From Streptosporangium sp. NPDC087985 (GTDB lineage: Bacteria > Actinomycetota > Actinomycetes > Streptosporangiales > Streptosporangiaceae), in contig NZ_JBIUTQ010000007.1 in the NCBI RefSeq assembly GCF_044741965.1, positions 1-64,000 on the forward strand: a DNA stretch of 64,000 nucleotides, given 5' to 3'. The translations under genes were made by a program, and so were the position numbers. Below the pieces are notes generated by a model. That model was not told the origin of the DNA and made no database searches. It worked only from the letters and a program-made list of their open reading frames with translations. Below are positions 1-8,773 of this stretch, piece by piece. Each line of letters begins with the position of its first letter. Position 1 is the first letter of the stretch.

Positions 1-140
1 TCATCAAGGAGTACATCGAAAACCAGAAACGTCCGGGCTGAGCCGCTCGACGGCCTACCGGTCACCACACCGCTCGGGCCTTGGCGGCCCTCCCGTGCTG
101 TCGTTTCCTCCCGGGCGTGAACGCCCGGGGTTCCACGCCA
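1..140 (+). mobile_element. 3' end of an IS200/IS605-family element (TnpA C-terminus plus subterminal hairpins), cut by the window edge
   Basis: Frame 3..41 reads IKEYIENQKRPG-stop. This matches the C-terminal helix of Y1 HUH transposases (TnpA ...IRRYIENQ). Downstream 60-135 carries GC hairpins (cccgggcgtgaacgcccgggg) typical of IS200 right ends. Confidence 0.45.
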
Positions 141-155
141 GATCACGCTGAATGA

Positions 156-1691
156 TTGAATCCGACCATGTCATTCGATGTGTTGATCATGGGCGGCCGG
201 GTGCTGGACGGCACCGGTGCCCCGGCCTTCCGGGCGGACGTCGGGGTTACCGGAGACCGGATCGCCGCGGTGGGCCGGCTGGGCGGGGCGGAGGCCGCGA
301 CGGTGATCGACGCGGCCGGCCGGCACGTCCTGCCCGGCCTGATCGACTGCCACGCCCACGGGGACGCCCTGGTGTTCGACCGGGAGGTGCAGCTCGCCGC
401 GCTCCGCCAGGGCGTGACCACGTTCGTCCTCGGCCAGGACGGCCTGTCCTTCGCGCCCGCCTCCACCCCGGAGACCTTCGCCTACGCCACGCGCTACTTC
501 GCGGCCGTCAACGGGACCCACCCGTCGGCCGACGGGCCGCTCAGCGTGCGGGAACTGCTGGCCGGCTACGACCGGGCGACCGCGCTGAACACCGCCTACC
601 TGCTGCCGCACGGCACGATCCGCTACGACGTGATGGGCGCCGCCGAGCGGACCGCGTCCCCCGCGGAGCTGGCCCGCATGCTCGCCCACGTCGAGCGCGG
701 CCTTTCGGAGGGGGCGGTGGGGCTGTCGACCGGCCTGGAGTACGCCCCGGGGCGCTACGCGGACGCCGGGGAGATCGCCACGCTCTGCGCGCCGCTGGGC
801 GGCCTGCCGTACGTGACGCACATGCGCGGGTACGGCACGCTGGCGGAGACGGGCATGGCCGAGGTGACGGACATCGCCCGCCGGTCGGGCGTCGCCGTGC
901 ACGTCTCGCACTATCACGGCCCGGCGTCGACCCTGCTGCCACTCATGGATCAGGCCCGTCTCGAAGGGCTGGACATCACCTTCGACACCTACCCCTACCT
1001 GCGGGGCAGCACGATCCTGGCGATGGTGGCGCTGCCGTCGTGGATCCCCGCCGCCGACACCGGCCGGGCGCTGGAGCTTCTGGAGTCCGGGCCGGTCGCG
1101 TGGGATCCGGCGATCTGGCCGAGGATCACCCTGTCCCACGTGCCCGGCGCCGAGTGGGCCGAAGGGCTGTCGTTCCCGGCTGCCGCCGCCGAGGCGGGGG
1201 TTGAGCCGGGCGAGTTCTGCCGCCGCGTCCTGATCGACACCCGGCTGGAGGCCGGCTGCGTGATAGCCCGCCCTGACGAGGGCCCCGAGGGAGAGAAGTC
1301 GGTCCGTGCGATCCTGCGCCACCCGTGCCACACGGGCGGCTCCGACGGCATCTACGTGGGTGGGCACCCCCACCCCCGGGGCTACGGCGCGTTCGCCCGC
1401 ATGCTGGGCCACCACGTCCGCGAGACCGGCGACTGGACCCTGGAGCAGGCCGCCGTCCACCTCTCCTCCCACTCGGCCCGCCGTTTCGGTCTCGCGGGCC
1501 GGGGCCTGATCCGCCCCGGGCAGACAGCCGACGTCGTCGTCCTCGACCCCGCGGCGGTCTCCGACCGGGCCACCTACGCCGCCCCGCGCATTCTGGCCAC
1601 CGGTATCGACGACGTCCTCGTGTCCGGCGTCCCCGTCCTCGCCGGAGGCGAGCTCACCGGGGCCACCCCCGGCCGGGCACTGCGCCCCTGA
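156..1691 (+). CDS. N-acyl-D-amino-acid deacylase (D-aminoacylase), amidohydrolase superfamily
   Basis: 511-aa ORF. The N-terminal segment VLIMGGRVLDGTGAPAFRADVGVTGDRIAAVG and the metal-binding DCHAHGD motif are diagnostic of D-aminoacylases. Start 156 versus 168 is ambiguous. Confidence 0.85.
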   Translation: MNPTMSFDVLIMGGRVLDGTGAPAFRADVGVTGDRIAAVGRLGGAEAATVIDAAGRHVLPGLIDCHAHGDALVFDREVQLAALRQGVTTFVLGQDGLSFAPASTPETFAYATRYFAAVNGTHPSADGPLSVRELLAGYDRATALNTAYLLPHGTIRYDVMGAAERTASPAELARMLAHVERGLSEGAVGLSTGLEYAPGRYADAGEIATLCAPLGGLPYVTHMRGYGTLAETGMAEVTDIARRSGVAVHVSHYHGPASTLLPLMDQARLEGLDITFDTYPYLRGSTILAMVALPSWIPAADTGRALELLESGPVAWDPAIWPRITLSHVPGAEWAEGLSFPAAAAEAGVEPGEFCRRVLIDTRLEAGCVIARPDEGPEGEKSVRAILRHPCHTGGSDGIYVGGHPHPRGYGAFARMLGHHVRETGDWTLEQAAVHLSSHSARRFGLAGRGLIRPGQTADVVVLDPAAVSDRATYAAPRILATGIDDVLVSGVPVLAGGELTGATPGRALRP

Positions 1692-1728
1692 GGATAAGGT
1701 CCTCCAAGGCAACCGGAGGGGGCATCGG

Positions 1729-2838
1729 GTGAAGGGGATCGTGGACCCAGGCAGGGCCGTGGGGTCGTCGCTGTTCGGCGGGGCGTTCACCTTCCCCGTG
1801 ATGGTGGCGCACCGCGGCGCGCTGGAGCACAACATCGCGACGCTCGCGGCCTTCGCCAGGGACCACGGACTGATCCTGGTCCCGCACGCCAAGACGACCA
1901 TGTCGCCCGAGCTGGTCCGGGCCCAGCTCGACGCGGGCGCGTGGGGGCTGACGGCTGCCACTCCCAGCCAGGCGCTCACCCTGCGCGGGTTCGGCGTCTC
2001 CCGGATCGTCCTGGCCAACCAGGTCTTCGACCCGGCGGGACTCGACGCCCTCGCGGCCTGGCTCGATGAGGAGCCGTCGGCCGAGTTCCTGTGCTTCGTG
2101 GACTCGGTGGCAGGGGTGGAGACGCTGTCCAGGCACGCGGGGGGCAGACCGTTCCGGGTGCTGGCCGAGCTCGGGTACGAGGGCGGGCGGGGCGGCAGCC
2201 GTACGCTCGCGCAGCTTCTGGAGGTCGCCGCGGCGGCGCAGGCGGCGGACGGCGTGGAACTCGCGGGCGTCGCCGGGTACGAAGGGTCGCTGGGGTCGGC
2301 CCAGGAGGTGCGGGCCTACCTGCACCGGCTGCTGGAGGCCCTTGAGCACCTGCGGGTGCGCGACCCGATCCTGTCGGTGGGCGGCAGCCGGTGGTTCGAC
2401 GTGATCGGCCGGGAGCTCGCCGCCTGCCAGGCCAGGATCATGCTGCGCAGCGGCGCCTACGTCTCCCACGACGACGGCTACTACCGCGAGCGCACGCCGT
2501 ACACCCGGATCGAGGGTGAGCTGCGGGCCGCGCTGGAGATCTGGGCGCACGTGCTGAGTGTTCCCGAGCCGGGCCTGGCCGTCGTCGGGTTCGGCAAGCG
2601 GGACGCCCCCTTCGACGAGGGCCTGCCGGTGCCGCGCGGAGCCGTCGCGGACGCTACGGTGCTCAGGGTCCAGGACCAGCACGCGGTCCTGCGGCTCACC
2701 CCGGACTCGCCCGTCAAGCCGGGAGACCTGGTGTCGTTCGGCATCTCCCACCCGTGCACCGCTTTCGACAAGTGGCGGGTCATACCGGTGGTGGACGACG
2801 ATTATGTGGTCGTCGACCTGATAACGACCTGGTTCTAG
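1729..2838 (+). CDS. PLP-dependent alanine-racemase-N-domain family enzyme (DSD1 / D-serine deaminase / D-threonine aldolase-like)
   Basis: 369-aa ORF with GTG start after GGAGGGGG. The PHAKTTMSPEL motif (PLP lysine) is typical of the DSD1/YhfX fold-type III family. It is co-directional with the D-aminoacylase. Confidence 0.7.
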   Translation: MKGIVDPGRAVGSSLFGGAFTFPVMVAHRGALEHNIATLAAFARDHGLILVPHAKTTMSPELVRAQLDAGAWGLTAATPSQALTLRGFGVSRIVLANQVFDPAGLDALAAWLDEEPSAEFLCFVDSVAGVETLSRHAGGRPFRVLAELGYEGGRGGSRTLAQLLEVAAAAQAADGVELAGVAGYEGSLGSAQEVRAYLHRLLEALEHLRVRDPILSVGGSRWFDVIGRELAACQARIMLRSGAYVSHDDGYYRERTPYTRIEGELRAALEIWAHVLSVPEPGLAVVGFGKRDAPFDEGLPVPRGAVADATVLRVQDQHAVLRLTPDSPVKPGDLVSFGISHPCTAFDKWRVIPVVDDDYVVVDLITTWF

Positions 2839-2867
2839 GTTCTGGACATCTACCAAGGAGTGGCGAG

Positions 2868-3254
2868 ATGAGCGGCAAGCAGGAGCTGCTGACCGACGAG
2901 GGGGCGGCGCCGGTCGGCGCCTACTCGCAGGGCCTTGTGGTCGGCGACTTCGTCTACACCTCGGGTGCGGGTCCCCTGGACCCCTCGACCGGCGAGATCG
3001 TCGGGACCGACGTGGCCGAGCAGACCCACCAGGTGATGCGTAACCTGGGCGCGATCCTCGCCGTCCACGGCCTGGGCTTCGACGACGTGGTGAAGGCGAC
3101 CGTCCACCTGCGGCATCTCAAGCGTGACTTCGCCGCCTACAACGAGGCGTACAAGTCCTACTTCACCAAGCCGTACCCGGTCCGCACGACCGTCGGTTCG
3201 GACCTGATGGACATACTGGTCGAGATCGACTTCGTGGCCTACAAGCCGCGTTAG
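2868..3254 (+). CDS. RidA/YjgF family reactive-intermediate (enamine/imine) deaminase
   Basis: 128 aa with ATG 7 nt after AAGGAG. GAYSQGLVVGDFVYTSG...TTVGSDLMDILVEIDFVAYKP is the canonical RidA signature. Confidence 0.85.
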   Translation: MSGKQELLTDEGAAPVGAYSQGLVVGDFVYTSGAGPLDPSTGEIVGTDVAEQTHQVMRNLGAILAVHGLGFDDVVKATVHLRHLKRDFAAYNEAYKSYFTKPYPVRTTVGSDLMDILVEIDFVAYKPR

Positions 3255-3267
3255 ATTCTGACCGACT

Positions 3268-4497
3268 GTGTGGGAGGGCGGCGGTTTGGACAGCTCGCTA
3301 TACGTCCATGTCGAGGACGTGCGGGGGGAGGGCCTGGAGGCGGTCCTTGACCGGGTCGCCGGATACGGCGTGGCGGGCGTGACCGTGGCCGCGGCCTGCC
3401 AGAGCGCCCATGACGTCACCCCCCACGGCGGGTCCCGCGTGACGATCCGCAGGGACGGCGTGCACTTCGCGCCGCCCGAGGACCTGTTCGGCGGGCTCCG
3501 CCTGGTCCCGCCCGTCCAGGAGGGCGCCGGACAGGAGCCGCTGGCGGCCCTGCGCCTGGCCACCGCCGAGCGCGGCCTGCGGCTGCACGGCTGGGCCGTC
3601 TTCCTGCGGAACGCCACGCTCGGCCTGGCGAACCCCGACGTGACCGTGCGCAACTGTTTCGGTGACCGCGGCTCGCCCGCCGACCTGTGCCCCTCCCACC
3701 CGGACGTCCGCCTCTACTCCGTGGCGCTGGGCCGGGCGGTGGCCAGGCAGGGGGTTGACAGCGTGGTCGCCGAGGCGCTGCACTTCGCCACCTTCGGCAA
3801 CGGTCACCACCCCGAGCACGGATCCGTCCCGCTCGGGCCGATGGACGTCTTCCTGCTCGGCCTGTGCTTCTGCGACTTCTGCATGCGCCGCGCGTCCGAG
3901 TTGGGCGTCAGGGCCGAGGTGGCGCGTGAGGAGTGCACGAGGGTCGCGGGCGGCGTGCTCGACGGTGACCCGCCCGCACAGGGCGAGGTGACCCGGGCGG
4001 CACTGACCGCCTACGCCGGGCCCGAGGTGGTCGCCTACGCGCGAGCCCGCTCCGAGGCGGTGACCTCGCTGGTCTCGGAGGTGTCCGCGGCCGTAACCGC
4101 CGAGGGCTCCAAGCTGGTCTTCCTGGATGCGACCGGCGGGTTCAAGGGCCACGCCGACGGCCTGCCCTCGGCCGGGCTCGCCGCACACGACTCGTGGCAG
4201 CTCGGCGTGGACCTGGTCGCCCTCGGTGATCTGGTGCCCTCGCTCGGCGTGCTCGCCTACGCCCGCGACGCCGCCCGGGTCGCCGACGACGTGGGCGCCT
4301 ACCGCCGTTCGACCGGCAGGCACAGGGAGCTGCGGGTCGTGCTCCGGCCCGGCCTGCCCGACACCGACTCGGCCGACCGGCTCGCCGCCAAGGTCCGAGC
4401 CGTCCGGGCCGCGGGCGGTGACGCGGTCGACTTCCACGCCTACGGGCTCGTGCCGTACCCGATCCTCGACCGCATCCCCGGCGCGCTCTCCGGCTGA
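3268..4497 (+). CDS. hypothetical protein, last gene of the D-amino-acid operon
   Basis: 409-aa ORF with coding-like GC3 bias. No recognisable motif. Alternative TTG start at 3286 preceded by GGGAGGG. Confidence 0.5.
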   Translation: MWEGGGLDSSLYVHVEDVRGEGLEAVLDRVAGYGVAGVTVAAACQSAHDVTPHGGSRVTIRRDGVHFAPPEDLFGGLRLVPPVQEGAGQEPLAALRLATAERGLRLHGWAVFLRNATLGLANPDVTVRNCFGDRGSPADLCPSHPDVRLYSVALGRAVARQGVDSVVAEALHFATFGNGHHPEHGSVPLGPMDVFLLGLCFCDFCMRRASELGVRAEVAREECTRVAGGVLDGDPPAQGEVTRAALTAYAGPEVVAYARARSEAVTSLVSEVSAAVTAEGSKLVFLDATGGFKGHADGLPSAGLAAHDSWQLGVDLVALGDLVPSLGVLAYARDAARVADDVGAYRRSTGRHRELRVVLRPGLPDTDSADRLAAKVRAVRAAGGDAVDFHAYGLVPYPILDRIPGALSG

Positions 4498-4567
4498 CCC
4501 GGTGCGGGCATCTGGGTGTGATGAGGGATCCGGGGCCGCTGGCCCGGCTGGTGGGCGACCTGTGCGA

Positions 4568-5188
4568 TCAGGTCGACCGGCCGGTGAGGGCGGTGGCGAC
4601 ACCGAGCCCCAGGTAGACGATCCCGCTGAAGCGACGGAGTACCCCTGAGCGGCCGCGCAGCCGCCTGCCGAGCGCGCCCGCGCCCGCGGCGTAGATCAGG
4701 TCGGAGACCAGGCCGAGGAGCAGGAGGGTGCCTCCCAGGACGGCGATCTGCAGCGGTACCGACCCCGCCTCCGGATGCAGGAACTGCGGCAGGAACGCCA
4801 GGAAGAACAGGATCACCTTGGGGTTGAGCACGTTGACGACCATGCCTTCGAGGAAGATCGTGCGCAGCGGCTGCGGCGTGACCTCCCGGGCGGCCGGCTC
4901 CTGCCCGCCGGTCAGCGTCCGGACGCCCAGATAGACCAAGTAGACCACGCCGGCCCATTTGATCACGTTGAAGAGCGTGGCGGACCGGGCGATCACGTAG
5001 GAGAGCCCGGCCGCCGCCGCGGCGATGTGCACCAGGGTGCCGGTCTCCACGCCGAACGCACTCGCCACCCCGGCCGCCCGGCCCTGGGCGATGCCCCGGG
5101 TGGCGATGTAGAGGTGGTTCGGTCCGGGCACCAGGACCAGGGCCAGGGACGCCACCACGAAGATCAGGAATATGGATGTGGGGACCAT
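4568..5188 (-). CDS. LysE/RhtB family amino-acid exporter
   Basis: 206 aa. MVPTSIFLIFVVASLALVLVPGPN...FFLAFLPQF is a typical LysE-type translocator. The start at 5188 is internal to the longer shadow ORF 4568..5809. Confidence 0.8.
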   Translation of the reverse strand: MVPTSIFLIFVVASLALVLVPGPNHLYIATRGIAQGRAAGVASAFGVETGTLVHIAAAAAGLSYVIARSATLFNVIKWAGVVYLVYLGVRTLTGGQEPAAREVTPQPLRTIFLEGMVVNVLNPKVILFFLAFLPQFLHPEAGSVPLQIAVLGGTLLLLGLVSDLIYAAGAGALGRRLRGRSGVLRRFSGIVYLGLGVATALTGRST

Positions 5189-5294
5189 GGGGCCGACCCT
5201 AGGGCCGTTCCGGTCTCCGCTGTCAGGGCCATTCGCCGGCGCCGTCCGTGGACCATTCGGCCCGCTGTCGGTGTGACATGTCATACTCGCCGAC

Positions 5295-8045
5295 GTGAGG
5301 TGGCAGAAGGAGCAGAGCACGCTGATCGGGCGATTGGTGGAGCTTGACCGCCTGACCACCGTGCTCGACGCGGCCGCCGACGGGCTGGCCGGGGTGGCCC
5401 TCGTGGGCGGCGACGCGGGCATGGGCAAGACCCGGCTGGTGACGGAGCTGGGGGAGCGGGCCAGGGCCGCCGGCTTCGCCGTACTGGTCGGACAGTGCGC
5501 CGAGCTCGGCGACGCGCTGCCGTACCTGCCGCTGGCGGACGCCCTGCGCGGCGTGCGGGGAGAGCTGGGCGCGGCACTCGACGCCAGGCCTGTCCTCGGC
5601 AGGCTGCTGCCCGGCGGCGCCGACCTCGGGCCGGAGACCACCTCCGGCCTCACCCAGCAGCAGCTCTTCGGGTCGATGCTCGGGTTCCTGGCCGTGCAGC
5701 CCGTGCTCCTGGTCCTGGAGGACCTGCACTGGGCCGACCAGTCCACCCGCGACCTGCTGGTCTTCCTCAGCCGGATGCTGCAGACCGAGCGCGTCTGCCT
5801 GGTCGGCACCTACCGGACCGACGACCTTCACCGCCGCCACCCGCTGCGCCGGGTCCTCGCCGAGCTCAAGCGTCTCCCCTCGGTGACAGCCGTCGAGCTG
5901 AGCCCACTCGACCGCGGCGAGATGGCCGACTACCTGGCCGCCCTCGGCGGCGACGACGCTCAGATGATCAGCGAGGTCGTCGACCGCGCCGAAGGCAACC
6001 CGTTCTACGCCGAAGAGCTGCTGGAGGCCGCCAGCGAGGGATCCTCGATGACCGACAGCCTCGTCGGCCTGCTGCTCTCCCGCGTGGAGCTGCTCTCCGA
6101 TGCCGCCCAGAGGGTGCTCCGGGGCGCGGCCGTCGCGGGCCGCCGGGTCGACCACGACCTGCTCCGCGAGGCCTCCGGTCTGGCCGAGCTGGCCTTCGAG
6201 GAGGCCATGCGGGAGATCGTCTCCCGCGGACTGCTCCGCCCCAGCGGGGAGTACGGCTACGCCTTCCGGCACGCCCTGCTCCAGGAGGCCGTCTACACCG
6301 ACCTGCTGCCGGGCGAGCGGACCCGGATGCACTCCGCGTTCGCCCGGCTGCTCACCGCCCGCAAGGGTGCCGCCGCCGAGCTCGCCTACCACTACCTGGC
6401 CGGACACGACCTCGCCGAAGCCCTGTCGGCCTCGGCCGAGGCCGGACGGCGGGCCGAGCGCCTCGGTGCCCCCGCCGAGGCCCACCGCCACTTCGAGCAG
6501 GCGCTCGGCCTCTGGGACCGGGTCCCCGAGGCCGAGCGGCTCGCCGGGATGGACCATGTCCGGCTCGCGCTGCGCACCGCCGCCGCGGCGGCCGACATGG
6601 GCGACAACCACCGGGCCGTCGCCCAGCTCCGGGAGATCCCCCCGTCGGCCGAGGCGGCCGAACGGCTTGCCTACTACCTCTACGAATACGGCGACGGTGC
6701 GGGGGCGATCGTGGCCGCCGAGGCGGCAGTGGCCGCGGCCCCTCCAGGGACCCCCGTCCTCGCCAGAGCGCTGGCCACCCTCTCCCGCACGCTCAGCTGG
6801 GGGGCGCGGCACCCGGAGGCCAGACCGCTCGCCGACCGTGCGCTGGAGGTCGCCAGGGCCACAGGGGCGAGCGACGCGGAGAAGGGTGCGATGATCATGC
6901 TGGCCTCCTGTGCGGAGTTCGAGGGCGATCTCGCCCGGGCGGAGGAGCTGTTCGGCCCTGCCGCCGCCCGGGACTCCGACGACCTGGCCATGGACCTGCG
7001 CGCGATCTTCCACTACGCCCGGATCCAGTTCGAGCGCGGTTCCATGGCCGTCGCCGCCGTGACCGCCGACCGAGGCGTACGGCTGGCGACGGAGGCCGGG
7101 CTCTCCTGGAGCACCTACGGCACCGACCTGCGGTTCCTCCAGTTCATGATCCGCTACATGGCGGGGGAGTGGGCGCAGGCCCGGGAGACGGCCGCCGGGT
7201 TCGGCACGCGGGTCGGCAAGATTCCCGAGGCAGTCCTCTCCTCCTTCGCGCTGTTCGTCGAGGTCGCCATGGGGATGCCCGTGGTCGAGGAGCGGCTGAC
7301 CTGGCTCCGGCCGTTCTGGTCGGACTCCCTGGTCGCCTACATGTCCCGGGGGCTGGCCGCCGAACACGCCCTGTGGCGTCAGGAGCCCGGGCTCGCCCTG
7401 GAGCACGCGACCGCGGTCTTCGACGCCACGGACCCCGCCGACGTGGGCAACATCCGCGTCAGCGCGATCGCGCTGTGGGCACTGGCCGATCTGGGCCGGA
7501 CCGACGGCGCCGACGAGCTGCTCGCCCGCGCGCGGACGGCGGCCCGGCCGGGAATGGGATTCGAGGGGCAGGCCTGGCTGGCGCGGGCCGAGGCCGAGTG
7601 GCACCGCGTGCACGGCCGTGCCGACGTCGAGGCGTGGCGGGCGGTGGTCGAGGCGTTCGAGGTCGGATCCGTCTACGAGGTCGCGCGTTCGCGATGGCGG
7701 CTGGCCGAGGCGCTGCTCGCCTCGGGTGACCGTGTCTCGGCGCTGAAGGAGTGGCGGCGCGCCGTCGAGGACGCCGCGTCGCTGGGCGCCCGGCCACTGA
7801 GCGCCGCCCTGGCGGAGCTGGGTCGCCGGGCCCGGTTCACCTCGAACCAGACGGGACCGCTCACCGGCAGGGAGCAGGAGGTGCTCGCGCTGGTGGCCGA
7901 GGGCCTGCCCAACCGGGAGATCGGTGAGCGGCTGTTCATCGCGCAGAAGACGGTGAGCGTGCACGTCTCCAACATCCTGGGCAAGCTCGGCGTCTCCTCC
8001 CGCACCCAGGCCGCCGCCGTGGCCCGCAGGAAGGGCCTGCTCTAA
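5295..8045 (+). CDS. LAL-family (large ATP-binding LuxR) transcriptional regulator
   Basis: 916 aa. It has an N-terminal P-loop (GGDAGMGKTRL), a long helical/TPR-like middle, and a C-terminal LuxR HTH (LTGREQEVLALVAEGLPNREIGERLFIAQKTVSVHVSNILGKLGV). Confidence 0.85.
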   Translation: MRWQKEQSTLIGRLVELDRLTTVLDAAADGLAGVALVGGDAGMGKTRLVTELGERARAAGFAVLVGQCAELGDALPYLPLADALRGVRGELGAALDARPVLGRLLPGGADLGPETTSGLTQQQLFGSMLGFLAVQPVLLVLEDLHWADQSTRDLLVFLSRMLQTERVCLVGTYRTDDLHRRHPLRRVLAELKRLPSVTAVELSPLDRGEMADYLAALGGDDAQMISEVVDRAEGNPFYAEELLEAASEGSSMTDSLVGLLLSRVELLSDAAQRVLRGAAVAGRRVDHDLLREASGLAELAFEEAMREIVSRGLLRPSGEYGYAFRHALLQEAVYTDLLPGERTRMHSAFARLLTARKGAAAELAYHYLAGHDLAEALSASAEAGRRAERLGAPAEAHRHFEQALGLWDRVPEAERLAGMDHVRLALRTAAAAADMGDNHRAVAQLREIPPSAEAAERLAYYLYEYGDGAGAIVAAEAAVAAAPPGTPVLARALATLSRTLSWGARHPEARPLADRALEVARATGASDAEKGAMIMLASCAEFEGDLARAEELFGPAAARDSDDLAMDLRAIFHYARIQFERGSMAVAAVTADRGVRLATEAGLSWSTYGTDLRFLQFMIRYMAGEWAQARETAAGFGTRVGKIPEAVLSSFALFVEVAMGMPVVEERLTWLRPFWSDSLVAYMSRGLAAEHALWRQEPGLALEHATAVFDATDPADVGNIRVSAIALWALADLGRTDGADELLARARTAARPGMGFEGQAWLARAEAEWHRVHGRADVEAWRAVVEAFEVGSVYEVARSRWRLAEALLASGDRVSALKEWRRAVEDAASLGARPLSAALAELGRRARFTSNQTGPLTGREQEVLALVAEGLPNREIGERLFIAQKTVSVHVSNILGKLGVSSRTQAAAVARRKGLL

Positions 8046-8090
8046 ACGCTTGCCGCCGTCTCGCCAGGTGAGGCTCGCGTGACCGAGACC

Positions 8091-8165
8091 TGTGCGGACG
8101 GGACCCACGCGGACAGGGCCTGCGCGGACAGGGCCTGCGCGGACAGGGCCTGCGCGGACAGCGCC
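8091..8165. repeat. 15-bp tandem repeat (gcggacagggcctgc), about 4.5 copies
   Basis: Direct reading: units at 8109-8123, 8124-8138 and 8139-8153, plus degenerate flanking units. In frame it encodes ADRAC x3 in a 29-aa GTG-initiated micro-ORF (8079..8168). Confidence 0.7.
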
Positions 8166-8587
8166 TAGCCGTCGCGTGTGGCCAGGGCCAGATCGCGGAC
8201 GACCTGGATCAGCTCGGCCGGGTCGAACGGCTTGGTGAGGTAGGCGTCGACTCCGATGTCGAGTCCCCGGCGTTTGTCGTCGTCCTGTGCCCGCGCGGTG
8301 ATCAGGACGACCCTGATGTGGCGGGTCTCCTCGGAACCCCGCAGCCTGGTGGCGGTCATCCAGCCGTCCAGCCTGGGCATCATCACGTCGAGCGTGATCA
8401 CATCGGGCATCACGTCGAGCACTCGATCAAGGCAGTTCTGCCCGTCGTAGGCGGTCTCCACCTGGAACCCCTCCAGGGTCAGGTTGACCGCGATGAGCTG
8501 CCGGATGACCTCGTCGTCATCCACGACCAATACCTTGCCCGGAACATCGCCCACGGCCGTGAGGCTAATCCCTCCCAGCCGTGTCAC
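8165..8587 (-). CDS. single-domain response regulator (REC/CheY-like receiver only)
   Basis: 140 aa. VLVVDDDEVIRQLIAVNLTLEGFQV...ITLDVMMPRLDGW...DAYLTKPFDP carries the conserved Asp pocket and the K of the receiver domain. No output domain. Confidence 0.8.
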   Translation of the reverse strand: MTRLGGISLTAVGDVPGKVLVVDDDEVIRQLIAVNLTLEGFQVETAYDGQNCLDRVLDVMPDVITLDVMMPRLDGWMTATRLRGSEETRHIRVVLITARAQDDDKRRGLDIGVDAYLTKPFDPAELIQVVRDLALATRDG

Positions 8588-8773
8588 GCGCGTTTTTCGG
8601 CGGATGCGTACGGACGGCTATCCACCGGGGACAGGTTCCCGGCGGGCCGGCGGACCTCCGTTCCTGTGGACGGTCCGGTGTCTCTCCACAGAATTCAGTT
8701 CGGCTCCTTGGGGGGCATCCCGGCCCGCGCATTCTGAGGCCTCGATCGTTCATCGAGCCCAGGGAGGGCACGC

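Noticed and set aside
171-2018. 615-aa minus-strand ORF
   Set aside because: It is exactly antisense to the well-supported D-aminoacylase and racemase-like genes. It is a typical high-GC shadow ORF with a Pro/Arg/Gly-rich low-complexity product.
5223-8108. 961-aa minus-strand ORF and 744-aa plus-strand alternative frame (5495..7729)
   Set aside because: Both overlap the LAL-LuxR gene, whose P-loop and HTH motifs fix the correct frame. Their products are Arg/Pro/Gly-rich.
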